Assembly: GCA_965287045.1 (NCBI GenBank)
Contig: OZ336878.1
Location: 52,390,001 to 52,454,000, forward strand
DNA from: Carcharhinus amblyrhynchos
Lineage: Eukaryota
Reading direction: 5' to 3'
DNA length: 64,000 bases
In this document: one piece after another, positions 12,937 to 25,244 of the stretch
Layout: every line of letters starts with the position of its first letter
How positions within the stretch are numbered: position 1 is the first letter of the stretch
Made by a program: the position numbers and the translations under genes
The notes under the pieces: generated by a model
What the model was told of the DNA's origin: nothing
What the model saw: the letters and a program-made list of their open reading frames with translations, nothing else
Database searches by the model: none

Positions 12937-13007
12937 AGAGCAGCCAGAAGTATAGACTTTTCATGAACTTGGAAGGAAAACAGGAAGAATGACAAAGAAC
13001 AGTTCAC
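12937..13007 (-). CDS. ALG6: ALG6 coding exon 11 (VNCSLSFFLFSFQVHEKSILLAAL)
   Basis: Contains the FFLFSFQVHEKSILL motif. AG acceptor, GTAAGT donor, 71 bp. Confidence 0.97.
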
Positions 13008-13129
13008 CTGAAATTGCAAAAGTAAAAAAGGATTTTAATTTCAGTTTTGTCAATTGCAAATCACAAAACATCTTCAATGTAGTTTCTCCTCACTCTTCAC
13101 CTTTTCTCATGGCTAGTGTACAGTTTCTC

Positions 13130-14060
13130 CAGGTCTGAAGTCATATTGAACTGCATACAAATCGGTACAGAGTATATAAAATTAGAGAGGTGAACATGTG
13201 GCTCAAAAACTGATGTGGGTGATGTGGGAGAGATCCGTTCCAATTTGAGGTACTGGCACCAGTACTGGCAAAAATGAGGCGGGGGTGGGGAACGGGGCGT
13301 ACCATTTCGATGGTCTATACTTGAACCGTGCTGGAACTAGTGTTCTTGTGAGACCCATAATTACAGAGGTAGAGAAGGCCTAAAACTAAACAGTGGGGGC
13401 AAGGAACCAAACATGGAAGGATGTATATATCAAAAAGACAAAAGGTAAGAGAAGAAAGTAGCAAATGTAGCTTCTCTATTCAAGAAGGGAGGGAGGCAGA
13501 AAATGGAAAACTATAGACCAGTTAGCTTGATGTAGGGAAGGTGTTAGAGTTGATCATTAAAAAGGTTATAGCTGGGCACTTAGAAAAGCACATGGGAATC
13601 AAGAAGAGTCAACATAGTTTTGTTAAGGGAAATCATGCTTAATCAATTCAATAGAGTTCTTTGGAGTAATATATTCTGTGGATAAAGGGGAGATGTAGAC
13701 ATACTGTAGAAGGAATTGATAAGGTGCTGTATCAAAGGTAATCACAGAAAATGAAAGCTCAAGGTGTAAAGGTTAACAAATTAGCCTGGATAGAAGGTTG
13801 GCTGGCAAGAAGAAAACGGAGTGTATGCATAAATTGGTCTGTCTGACTGGCAGGATGTGACAAGTGGAGCCCTGTAGGAGCCTGTGCTGAGGCCATAACT
13901 TTTTACAATTTTCACAATCAATGACTTAAATGAGGGCAGTGAAGGCACGGTAGCAAAATTTACAGACTGCACAAAATTAGGTAGAAAAATATGTTCTGAA
14001 AAAGAGATGAGTTTGCAGATGGATATAGATAAAATGAGTAGGCAAAAGTCTGGGACAGAG
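13130..14060 (+). mobile_element. Decayed CR1 LINE (end of ORF1 plus ORF2 pieces)
   Basis: Recognisable segments including GAAAACTATAGACCAGTTAGC (NYRPVS) and AAATTTACAGAC (KFxD). Confidence 0.75.
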
Positions 14061-14574
14061 GACATTGTTACGTTCCCAGTTGATGTTATAACACGACAAG
14101 ATTCCAGAATGGAACCCTGGCTCAAAAAAAAAACACAACTTTTACTTTGCTTTATAAAATGTGGAGGAACAGAGTCACAGGATCGCTGATAATTTCTTTT
14201 CTTGTGAAAACTAAAGCACGAAAAGTCAAACTATTATACAGTATTAATTTACTTCCCCCTTAATTTAACAAATACACACAGATTTTAGGATAACATGGAT
14301 TACAAGATAGAATGGTCTCATTACCAGAAAGTCCCTCTTAAACACACAGATTGGCTGTGATCAAATACACATACTCCACTTTGAACCCAAGTTAATGTCT
14401 GTGGTTTTCTCCTCAGAAGTCCTCCAAATGATTGTAACATGAGAGTTTCCAAACACCACTTCCAAAAAGCACACTTTAAAATCTTCTCTCATTATAATGC
14501 TTTCCTTTAGCAGTTTGCATTCTGGAATCCACTCCAGCTTTTCCAAATGATATTTTAAAACAAAGGTTCTGCTT

Positions 14575-16470
14575 CACTTTTAAATATATTTTTATTGAAG
14601 ATTTTCCCAATTTTACAAACAGCACAACATACTCTCAAGGATTGGTATATTACAGTAGAATCATTTTTCCATGTATACAGACAAAAGAGCACCAGTACAA
14701 TTGATTCAAATTATTCATTATTTATTACAAATGGCGCCTCCACAAACAACTAAAGTTTGCTTCAGAGATTCAGGGAAAAATGAATAACAAGATAAAGCCA
14801 TGATTACATGCATAAAGGTGCACACCCTTTCACACAGAACACTAGGGCTAAAGCTACGTAATTTATGGAAAACTTTATAGGAATAAATCAATGTGGAGCC
14901 CAACTTCTCGCGAGATCCAAAGCAAAATACTTGCTCGGGATCCACAGTGAACAGGATTTTTTCCCCACCAGCACCAAAAAGAAGAGGTGTCTTATTAAGG
15001 ATAAATTTAAATGGAGTATCTTGGAAGAGCTGCTGACACAGCTGTCCACAAGGTAACAGGGAGGCACATCAAACACGGTCCCTTTCAGTTCAAGACACCC
15101 ATCGTCCTCCAGAAGAGTTGCTTGAATCAAAGCTTTTGTCAACCCTCTCTCTTTTAAGAAAAAACATGCAAGTGCCATACAGCCTACACAGCGCACTCTC
15201 CAACAAAACTATCTTTTCCTTATGCGTAAGCAAAAGATAGTTTCCCATACTGCCAATTCCAGAATAATTATTTTTATTTATTTGTCACAAGTAAGGCTAA
15301 CATTAACACTGCAATGAAGTAACTGTGAAATTCCCCTGCTCAAGCATTCAAGGATTTAATTTTGACACAGGGCCAAAAGCAAAGTGGATAGACCTCCAAA
15401 CCCATATGATATCTCTGAAACATCAAGGGTATAATAGGACCAAATCTGTGTTTTAGGATTACAGACAGCATGGTGCTCGAAGCTACATTACCTCACTTCA
15501 TCAAAGGGGTACACTGAAGGATGCATTCCACTCAAACAACTGTATTATCCGCATCTTCCAGGATTTACAAAATAGCTATTGCATATTCACCCAAGACGAC
15601 TATAGGATATTGACAGGTATTAAAAAATGCTGGATGACCAAAGATTCTTGCACCACGCTTAGGTGAGCACCATATTTCCCCATATTCAGCTTATGCCAGG
15701 GGCACCAGGATATGCATTGTCTGTACCTTTACCTGTACCTTTCCAGGAGTCCATCAGATTCTTTGACCCCAAAATAATTCAGAAAAAACAACCAACACTG
15801 ATAGTTCCAAGGGGACTTTCGCACCAGTTGTGTGGACTCATTGGGCCATACTTACAATCTCTACACCAAAGCACCCACTCACCTCTCCTGCAGTTGGCAT
15901 TACTCACATTAGCTACGGCAAGAGTAAAAGATAGAACCTACCACCATTAAAAATGTACAGATTATTAAAAACAGATAAATATTGTACAGCACTAGTGTCA
16001 TACAACCTATCCACTGCGCTCCCCAACAAGCTCTTTAAGGATATTAAAATACTAGGATTCAATTTTGACACAAGGCCAGAAGCATTGCAGGTAATCCCCC
16101 ATGCCACCTTGCACCCCTGGAACAACAAGAATATAGTAGGATCAAGTTTGTGTCCTAGACTTGGGGTAATTAAAGGAACACACTGAGGGATGCGTTCTAT
16201 TATAAACAAACGGACATCTCTGTTGTTCAAAGGATAACAAACAAAATTTGCCTCAGTGCTCATATACTAGATTACCCCTGACATCATGATAAATAACATC
16301 GCAAAATCGAAAAAGAAATTCCAAAAAGGGGTAAAGTCCAGGATTAAAGACGAATTGCAGATTATCACTCCAAATTATTGTCATCCACTGAGAGAGGCCA
16401 AAGCGTTAGTAAGGCTGTTGAACAGCCTTAAGGAGCCACCAGATATCACCCTCAGGATAGAAAGATAAAG
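14575..16470 (-). mobile_element. Highly decayed L1/Tx1-like LINE, 3' portion
   Basis: A-rich tail with AATAAA at about 14575-14600 (minus). Weak remnants similar to the ORF2 C-terminus (WAP). Confidence 0.5.
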
Positions 16471-18974
16471 CAGGGCAAACTGCAGTCAGATAGCTTTCCA
16501 ACCTCATTAAAATATTACAACGACCACCAGTTGTTAAGCAGCGACTGCTACTTCTATTTACTCTTCACGTTGCAGCCCTCTGTAAGCACAGTAGAAAGAC
16601 AGTTGGAACTGAACCAACCCCACACATACAAATACATTTGTTCAACATGAATGTAACTATAGGTTTTATCCTTTTAGGTACAGAAACATTAGTTTAAGCA
16701 CACTTAAAACTATATCTTATTTCTAATGTTTACCAATACACATACAAATCCCTTAAAACGACCTTTGTTTTCCTAACAGTATAATGTGGGAAAATGTGAA
16801 GTTGTTCACTTCGGCAGGAAGAATAATAAAGCAGAGTATTGCTTAAATAGTGAATGACTGCAGAATCCTGAGGTACAGAGAGATTGAGGTGTTCTTGTGC
16901 ATGAGTCACAAAACGTTAGCATGCAAGTACAGCATATAATCAATAAGGCTAATTGAAGGTTACCATTCACCTTAAAGTCTCAGCAGACATGCTTCTCCCC
17001 ATGCTCCACGTCTCTGTCCATGGACTATCTGGCTATTGACCAAACTAGTTGCCTTGCCCTTTCTTGCTTTGCAGTAAAAGGGTGTAACAAGATTCTGTTG
17101 CAGACCAATCTAACTCAATTCCAATCCCAGAGTGAATGCATTCAGTCAAAACAGAAAAGTTATTGCCCTTTCTTCCTGTGGCAACTTTCCTGGCAACAAC
17201 TGCCTCCAGTGATATGATTGAAATCAGGGAAAAGAAAAGACAGACATGCATTACATAGCTCACCATAAGCTACAGACTTCCTAATCAATCATACCATAAC
17301 ACGCCATTCACGACTCTAGCTTTTAAGCAAGACTTTGGTTGGGAATATGCTCCTTATTAATATGATCTGAAATAAAACTACTTAAATTGGCTTAGATTGT
17401 TCATAAATGGCTGAACCTTCAATATATGGTCACAGTGAAATTATTCTGCACTCCAAGCATAAACCTGCATTTCCGATCCTCCCAAAACTGTCGACACTTT
17501 TAGAACTGTAATGAATCACAAGATTTATAGAGCGTTTTTGAGTCAATTATTGCTGCATTTTAAAACACTATTAGAGAACAGTTCATAAATTCATTGTTGC
17601 ACAAACGCTTAAAAAAAAACAAATATTTTATATTCCAAGTTATAAGCACATTAAAACAAATTAGTTGAATTTGTAATTGTTATGTCAAGCATATTGTTTA
17701 AAGTTTGTCTTCACCTTCCTGCCCCAAACCCTACCCACCCCAAAGAAATTATCCCTCTTATCCTTCATTGAATTCATGTTTGCTCCACCACTGCTGGCGA
17801 CCCTCTAGAATCTGACCCAAGAAGTCATTTTTGGCTGAAGAAACTAATGTTTGTGGACCAACCAACTGGATTGCATTTCAGCTGTGTCTGATGATGTCCT
17901 CACCCAACAGAAATAGCCAGGAAGAGTCAGTAGACAGTAAGCAAGACTGGGTACACAAACTGGTTTTGTTTCCCTCTTAAGGCAATGAAGTCAATTATAA
18001 AATCCCAACTATTGTCCCAGAAGATCAGCTGAGTAGATAAGCAATAGAACCTGGAATCATCTAATCTACATGTCTTAGCAGTACATTGGGCAGTCTCTTC
18101 ACTGGGTGAGCCCATCAAGGACCACAGAATAATGCTGATATTTTGTTTTAAACTCGTGTGCCTACAGAGTGCAACTCACGTTCCACAACACATGTTCCCT
18201 ACCAGCCATGGAGAGATCTTGTAACATGATAGAATCCTGTCATTATCTGTCTTCACTTTCACTCTTAATACACTGGGTTACATTCCTTGAATAAGTGCCA
18301 AACTACCAGAAGGTCAAAATCTAAAGGTGAAGATTTAAATTCTCTTATACACAGTATTTAAAAAATGCTTTTTATAGTCTGGTAATAAAGGACAAACAAT
18401 TTGTGCTTAAATAATTTTTATTTAAACTGGAACTCTTAATTAACTGAGTGGGTAAATGCACTGCATGATGCAGTGACACAGAGTAGGAAGGCCTTAGCTG
18501 TAAGTTAACCAATTCAGGGCCACAATGTACATGCCAATATCATTTGAACTAAAAAGGAAAAAACCCAGCCAGTATTTCCATTCCTGAGCAATGTCCAGTG
18601 ATCTTTGTGAGAAAGTAAATGGAAGTGAATAGGAAACATTGGACAAGTACAACAATGCAATCTAAACTTGGGGAGAAGAGCTTCAGTTCCTCAAATGACA
18701 CCAATCCCTTGGTGCCTCAACCAAATGTTTATTCTTTGTGTGAGCGGTGAAAAGTGCATGTTATCAAGCTGTTCAACTATGGAGAGAACCACAGTTCTGT
18801 CATATCCTGTCATTATCAGATGTCTACACACATGCAGTTGACTGGAATCACTGGATGGTGTTAAAGAAACAAACTCAGGTTATTTCTCCTCCACTGCTGC
18901 CTCTGGCTAAGAGCAGTGAACAGAGGCAGTGAATTAAGGGACATTCCTGGTCAAAATAATTTGGTTCTACTTAT

Positions 18975-20243
18975 CATAAGAACATAAGAAATAGGAGCAG
19001 GAGTAGGCCATCTAGCCCTTCGAGCCTGCCCCGCCATTCAATAAGATCATGGCTGATCTGTTGTGGCTCAGTTCCACTTTCCCGCCCTCTCCCCATAACC
19101 CTTAATCCCCTCTCTTATCAAGAACCCATCAACCCGCTTCTTAAAAATATTTAGCGAGGCAGCCTCCACCACTTCAACGGGCAGAGAATTCCAGAGATTC
19201 ACCACCCTTTGAGTGAAGAAGTTCCTCCTCAACTCCGTTCTAAACCGCCTCCCCTTTATCTTGAGGCTGTGCCCCCTAGTCCTACTGTCTTTTTTGAGCG
19301 GGAAGAGTCTCTCCACCTCTATCCTATCCATCCCATTCATCATCTTATACGTCTCAATGAGATCTCCCCTCATTCTTCTAAACTCTAACGAGTACAAGCC
19401 TAGTTTATTCAGCCTCTCCTCATAGCTCAATCCCCTCAACTCCGGTATCAGCCTAGTAAACCTCCTCTGCACTCCCTCCAGGGCCAAAATATCCTTGCGC
19501 AGGTGCGGCGCCCAAAACTGCACACAGTACTCCAGCTGCGGCCTCACCAATGCCCTATACAGCTGCAGCAAGACCTCCCTACTTTTATATTCAATCCCCC
19601 TCGCTATGAAGGCCAGCATCCCATTCGCCTTCCTGACCACCTGCTGCACCTGCAAGCTGGGTTTTTGCGACTCATGCACAAGGACCCCGAGGTCCCTCTG
19701 CACCGTCGCCTGCTGCAGTTTTTCGCCACGTAAGTAATAGTCCTTCCTACCATTCTTCCTACCAAAGTGGACCACCTCACACTTGCCAACATTAAATTCC
19801 ATTTGCCATTTCCTGGCCCATTCGCCCAGCCTATCTAGATCCTTCTGCAGACTCTCCACACCCTCCGCACAATTTGCCTTTCCCCCAATCTTGGTGTCAT
19901 CAGCAAATTTCGACACCCTGCACTCGGTTCCCTCCTCCAGATCATCTATATAAATGGTAAATAGCTGAGGCCCCAGCACCGACCCCTGGGGCACCCCACT
20001 AGTCACCAACCGCCAATCCGAATAGCACCCATTGACCCCCACTCTCTGCCTCCTATTTGACAACCAATCCTCTATCCACGCTAACACCCTACCCCCAACT
20101 CCATGTCCCCTGATCTTCTGCAATAACCTCTTGTGAGGTACCTTGTCAAACGCCTTCTGAAAATCCAGAAAGACCACATCCACCGGCTCTCCTCTATCCA
20201 CTGCCCTAGACACATCCTCATAGAACTCCAGTAAATTTGTCAG
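18975..20243 (-). mobile_element. Young 5'-truncated CR1 (HER1-like) LINE with an uninterrupted RT/C-terminal ORF
   Basis: Open frame LTNLLEF...FLDFQKAFDKVPH...GVPQGSVLGP...FADDTK to a stop at 19068. CR1 3' UTR hairpin and (TTCTTATG)2 tail. CpGs retained. Confidence 0.95.
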
Positions 20244-20327
20244 ACCACAGAAAAGCTAATTTGAAAACAAAATAATTGCACTCATTGAACACTACTATGA
20301 CCTAAGCAAAGTAAATACTAGACTTAC

Positions 20328-20412
20328 CAGTGCAAGTTTGAACCCATTTAGCGTGGGATTAATTGTCAGCTTGATACACGTAGGTAATAGTGTCAGAAGT
20401 GTGGCAGCAAAA
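20328..20412 (-). CDS. ALG6: ALG6 coding exon 10 (FAATLLTLLPTCIKLTINPTLNGFKLAL)
   Basis: Homologous to LLPACIKL...GFK. TTTTTCAG acceptor, GTAAGT donor, 85 bp. Confidence 0.95.
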
Positions 20413-22698
20413 CTGAAAAACAAAACATTGTTAAACCACTAACATATAAAATAGCAATACATCAAATGCAAAATAGGCAATAATACTTCAAAACTAATTA
20501 GCAGAGAGGAAGAATGGTGGGGCTGACTTACCTCATAACATTGCTTTCTTTTGAGAAAGATCCTACATCAGATCAGTCTCTTCTTGCTATGTTACTGGAG
20601 ACTAGGGAATTGGAATCTGTACTTAACGTCAAATGCCAACCTACCCAATTCCAAGAATTTTACCCATAATGAGCACACCATTTTAGAACTAATTTTGAGG
20701 AAAATCGTCTGGAGCTATAAATAACCTCATAAACTTCAATTGAGCATCTAATTGGTGATAACAATAGGATGCATTTTTTTTCTTTCTAAAGGTCTATGCT
20801 GCTAAAGATATGGGATATCAGTCTGGGAAATAAGAAAACTGAAGTACCAGTCCAGAAAACCATCATCCCCCATCAATCATTTACCTAAGTTTCCCTTGAC
20901 GCACAGTAAATGTTCCATAACAGTCTGCCTTAGCTCCAACCCTACAATACAGTGTGGCCATTTTTCAATCTAGTGGTTGAGGTAGATTCCTAGTATAGTT
21001 GCAATTTATCTGTGACAATTTTCTCCTGTAAACCTATGCCCAGTAGAAACTAACTGGCATCACCCGAATAGTCCCATTGCTAATAGGAAAAAAAAAGTTT
21101 TAGTCTTTTCAGCTGGATTTCCGCTCCCCCCCCCCACAGGGGAAAATACATACAAAAACAACAGGTTTGTTTGACTTGTACAAACAAAAATAAATGTTAG
21201 CTTTTGATACAGTAATTCATTTTTTTCTTTCCCATTTCTTCTGAAGCCTCGCGGTCTCAAGTTCTGACAGTCCATTGTGTGTGTCCATGCTTTTATTCTT
21301 CATGTAGAAAGCATATCATGTAGCAAACCTCCACCTACCATTGACAAATCAGCATTTCTCCTTGAAGCCAATATGTGAATTATCTCTTCGGTAGAAGAGA
21401 GCATTGAGGTCAATTGCTAATGTCATATCAGCTGTAACCAGTGAACTTAAACATATCAGGGGTCACAGTTTCTTAGTCCATATAGCACAGCACTACAAGA
21501 GGCAGCGTATTTGCCTGCTGAGTTATTGCAAGAACATTAAAAGGCTAAATTTAGGGTCACTTGCAATGAGCATTCACAGACTACACAGTCCGGCCATTTA
21601 AATGTCACTAATAATCCACTCGCTCTAACCAATAGGCAAATCAAATATTGTCCAAACTAATATATTGTAAAGTTGAAACAATTTTGTGCCTATAATGTGA
21701 GTTTTATAGAAATTGTGAATATGAAATACACAGTTTTGCAAATATCTAATTGATGAATCATGTTAATATTTTGCAGATAATTTTTAGTTCTGTGAAAATT
21801 AAAATTTAACTATTGAAAGTGGGATAAATGAATCTAAAGCTGTTTGGAGTTCATTACACTCAAAAAGGTTATGGGACCATGTTGACCTAAGGGGACAACA
21901 GCTAGAAAAGCAAGATCCTAAAACAGCAGGTGAGATTACTGATCTGGGGAACTGGAGGCATAGTGTCTACACTGCTTGCAGAGAAGGGCAGTCCAGAGAT
22001 CTTTTGCTTTGGGAGTTAGAACTAAATTAGTTTGAAAGCATTCTGTAACCCTTAAAGGTTATATCATCATGGAGCTGGGTGGAGTTTAAGTAGGTTCTTT
22101 CATTTCAATTGATCTGGCCATTTGCTCAGAGAGGTTGGTTGTAATTTGGACTTCATGTGGTTTGCAGTTCAAAGAAAAGCCCTGGGAGTTGTTTGGTGTA
22201 GTTAGGGTTCAGAGATGTTCTGGAGAGCTGAGGCAGTTGGAGAACAAGTCTCCAGCACTGCAGCTAGGATGTTGTCAAGACTCAGCCTTTGCTGCATGTA
22301 GTTCACTCAGCTGCTTCCTGATATCACGTGGAGTGAACTGAAATGGTTGTAGACTGGCATCTATGATGCTGGGGACCCCAGAAGGATGCTAAGGTGGATC
22401 ATTCAACTGCACTTCTGGCTGAAGATGGTGCAATTACTTGAGCCTTCTCCGAATGATGATTTGTGCATGATAATGGAAAACATCTATTGAACCATATTAT
22501 AACACAAGTTACCATCTTCAGGAAAGATGAGAAGAGAGTTTGAATGGGAGTTATAAACTCACATGGATTAACATAATTAACTTACGTTAATTACAATTAC
22601 CTAAAAATGGAGACGAGCGGGGACAGGGTGTTGGTGATTAAAAAAAACAATGACATGTCTTCATGATGTAATATAGATCGACAAGAGCAGAGCATTAC

Positions 22699-22784
22699 CT
22701 GAGCCAAATCTGGGTTGAAGGTGATAAAATCTTCTTCACCTTCAATATAACAGATAAACTGCACCACACATTTGCGACTTTATC
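22699..22784 (-). CDS. ALG6: ALG6 coding exon 9 (DKVANVWCSLSVILKVKKILSPSTQIWL)
   Basis: Contains the DKVANxWC motif. TAG acceptor, GTAATG donor, 86 bp. Confidence 0.96.
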
Positions 22785-23989
22785 CTATTTAGAAAAAACA
22801 TGTAAATAATCATCAGAAGCCACATGCAAACTATTTCATCGAGTACCTGTGGCATGGTAAACTTTAACAAGGATCAGAAACAAATGAGTTGGATCTCAAT
22901 TTTTAAACAGCTTCACCTCAGTGATGTCATATGACCACAGTTGCCATTCGCTTACTTCCTTGCTCTTCCACCAACAGTGAAATAATACGAAGTATGGGAT
23001 CCTGTGGACCATGCAAATTGTGGACAGTGCTCGCACAGTGGGTATCGTTCAGCAAGTATGCACTCAAATAAGGGAGGTGGATATTGAGACAAGGCTTTCT
23101 AAAAGATAGAGAAGTTTTAGAGAAGCGCAACAATGATGAACCAGGGATTTAAAACGTTAGATAATGAAAAAAAAGTTACAAAAAGTAGAATTATTTTCAT
23201 TGTCAGAAAAATGAGGTTAGAAAGCATAGAATGAAAAGTGGCCAACAAATTCATCACTCCTTCCACACAGTATGTACAATCTGCTCAATCATGGACTCCA
23301 TTTCCTCCATTTAACATTGAGGCATAAATATTTTGGAACATTTATCTATTCTGGTACTACCCATGGACAATAGCCTTTTTTCACCCAGCAAGACAGGAAC
23401 CATTGTAGTCCATTACTACACGTCCAACCAGATATTTATCTGAATCCTTTGTGGAGGAGTTAATTTATTCAGCTTCATCAGCTTTTGCTGAATCTGTTCC
23501 ACGTGATTGAAAACCACTGATAAACAAATTAGTTATCTTAAGCAACGAGTGCATTACTGGAGAAACAAATGTACTGTTTCAAAAAAAAAGGTTTCTTGCC
23601 CAGAGAACTGAGCATCTGGAATAATTATTCAGCAAAAGCATAATAACTTCTTCAGTCAGGAGTTAAGTAAATTCTGATTAAGAATGGAATTGAGAATGAT
23701 AAAAAGTATACAATGAATTCATGAATGATGCACAAAACATTATAGTTCCTGTACTACTGTGGTCAATTTTACCCATGGAATCCAGTTAACACTGAGTTTT
23801 ACATTGAGAAGAGGCACCAAGCTATCAATGTCCTCTTAGGAATTCAAATTGTTGATAGAGGGGTTGCCTGAGGTAACAGATTGAAAGGCTGTGTGTTAGT
23901 TTCTAGTTCCAATTAAGATTGAGCTATTTTAATTTTTTTTCAGATATAGACTAAAATTTGATGATCCTGCTGTAGAACCTAAACAAAGG

Positions 23990-24672
23990 TCCCAGCTTAC
24001 TGATTGGATGAGGAATTTGGGACACAGATTTACAGTTTTGGGCAAGAGATACAGGGAGGAAGATTTTTTTTTAAAAACACAGCAACCACCAACGGCCTGG
24101 AACTTGTTACCTATGAAGGTAGTTGAATAGAAGGTGACCAATGATTTCAAAAGGAAATTGAATGGACACAAGGAATATAAACTTGCATGATGACGGGGAC
24201 AGATTTGGGGGAGGGGACTGACTGGATTGCCCAAAGAACTGGCACAGACTCAATTGGCTGAATGGCCTTCTTCTGTGCCATAACGAGTCTTTGAATTTAT
24301 AGCTATATTTTCCCCATTATTCTCTTAATATGTCCCACTTAGCACAATAGTACTACACAACATTTCTTTTTCCCAGGGCTGAAATAGTTGCCACAAGAGG
24401 ACACAGGTTTAAGGTGCTGGGGAGTAGGTACAGAGGAGATGTCAGGGGTAAGTTTTTCCACTCAGAGTGGTGGGTGTGTGGAATGGGCTGCCAGCAGCGG
24501 TGGTGGAGGCGGATTTGATAGGATCTTTTAAGAGACTTTTAGATAAATACATGGAACTTAGTAAGATAGAGGGTTATAGGTAAGCCTAGTAATCTCTAAG
24601 GCAGGGACATGTTCGGCACAACTTTGTGGGCTGAAGGGCCTGTATTGTGCTGTAGTTTTTCTATGTTTCTAA
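23990..24672 (+). mobile_element. Two adjacent CR1 3'-end fragments (about 23990-24290 and 24370-24672)
   Basis: Remnants of the C-terminal W-N-x-L-P region; tail GGGCTGAAGGGCC...TTCTATGTTTCT. Confidence 0.8.
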
Positions 24673-24940
24673 CATTGCAATGTGTGGTGCAGTCTCACCA
24701 CTGTGTTAAAAGGGACAGACTAATGAAACGTCTAGAAGGCCAAAGCAAGGCATCAATGAGATGTCACATATTCTGAACAGCAGCACAACTGTAGAACACT
24801 GCAATTTATAACCCCATGGCCCTCCAGATTCTGGGATCATATCCATTCTCAATCTTAATAAAAACAATTTTAGTTCTGAGTCTCTCCTCATATTGCTCAC
24901 TTTTGTTTGCTTTGGTAGTTATTGAGTACCATAACTGGAC

Positions 24941-25244
24941 CAGCAGCACGGTGGCACACTGGTTAGCACTGCTGCCTCACAGGGTTAGGGACTTGGGTTC
25001 GATTCCCGGCTTGAACCACTGTCTGTGCGGAGTCTGCACATTCTCTCTGTGTCTGCATGGCTTTTCTCCAGATACTCCAGTTTCCTCCCACAGTCCAAAA
25101 GATGTGCTACTTAGGTGCTTTGCCATGCTAAATTTTCCCTCAGTGTACCTGAACCGGCGCTGGAGTATGGCGCCAGGGGATTTTCACCGTAACTTCATTG
25201 CAGTGTTAATGTAAGCCTACTTGTGACCATAATAAATTAATAAA
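24941..25244 (+). mobile_element. V-SINE with alternative tail B
   Basis: HE1 head and V-domain, followed by TTTTCACCGTAACTTCATTGCAGTGTTAATGTAAGCCTACTTGTGAC...AATAAA. Confidence 0.9.

Noticed and set aside
14080-14560. Possible solo LTR (similar impression at about 21760-22270 and 25590-26060)
   Set aside because: I could not establish TG...CA termini, target-site duplications or a second copy, so these are left unannotated.
22800-22890. Minus-strand FLILVKV resembling human ALG6 exon 8 (FVLLVKL), just upstream of exon 9
   Set aside because: It has an in-frame stop and no splice sites. The true exon 8 is at 29929-30064, so this is a chance resemblance.
24941-25010. tRNA-like sequence at SINE heads as tRNA genes
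   Set aside because: They continue into the V-domain and LINE-like tails and lack a full cloverleaf, so they are SINE heads.
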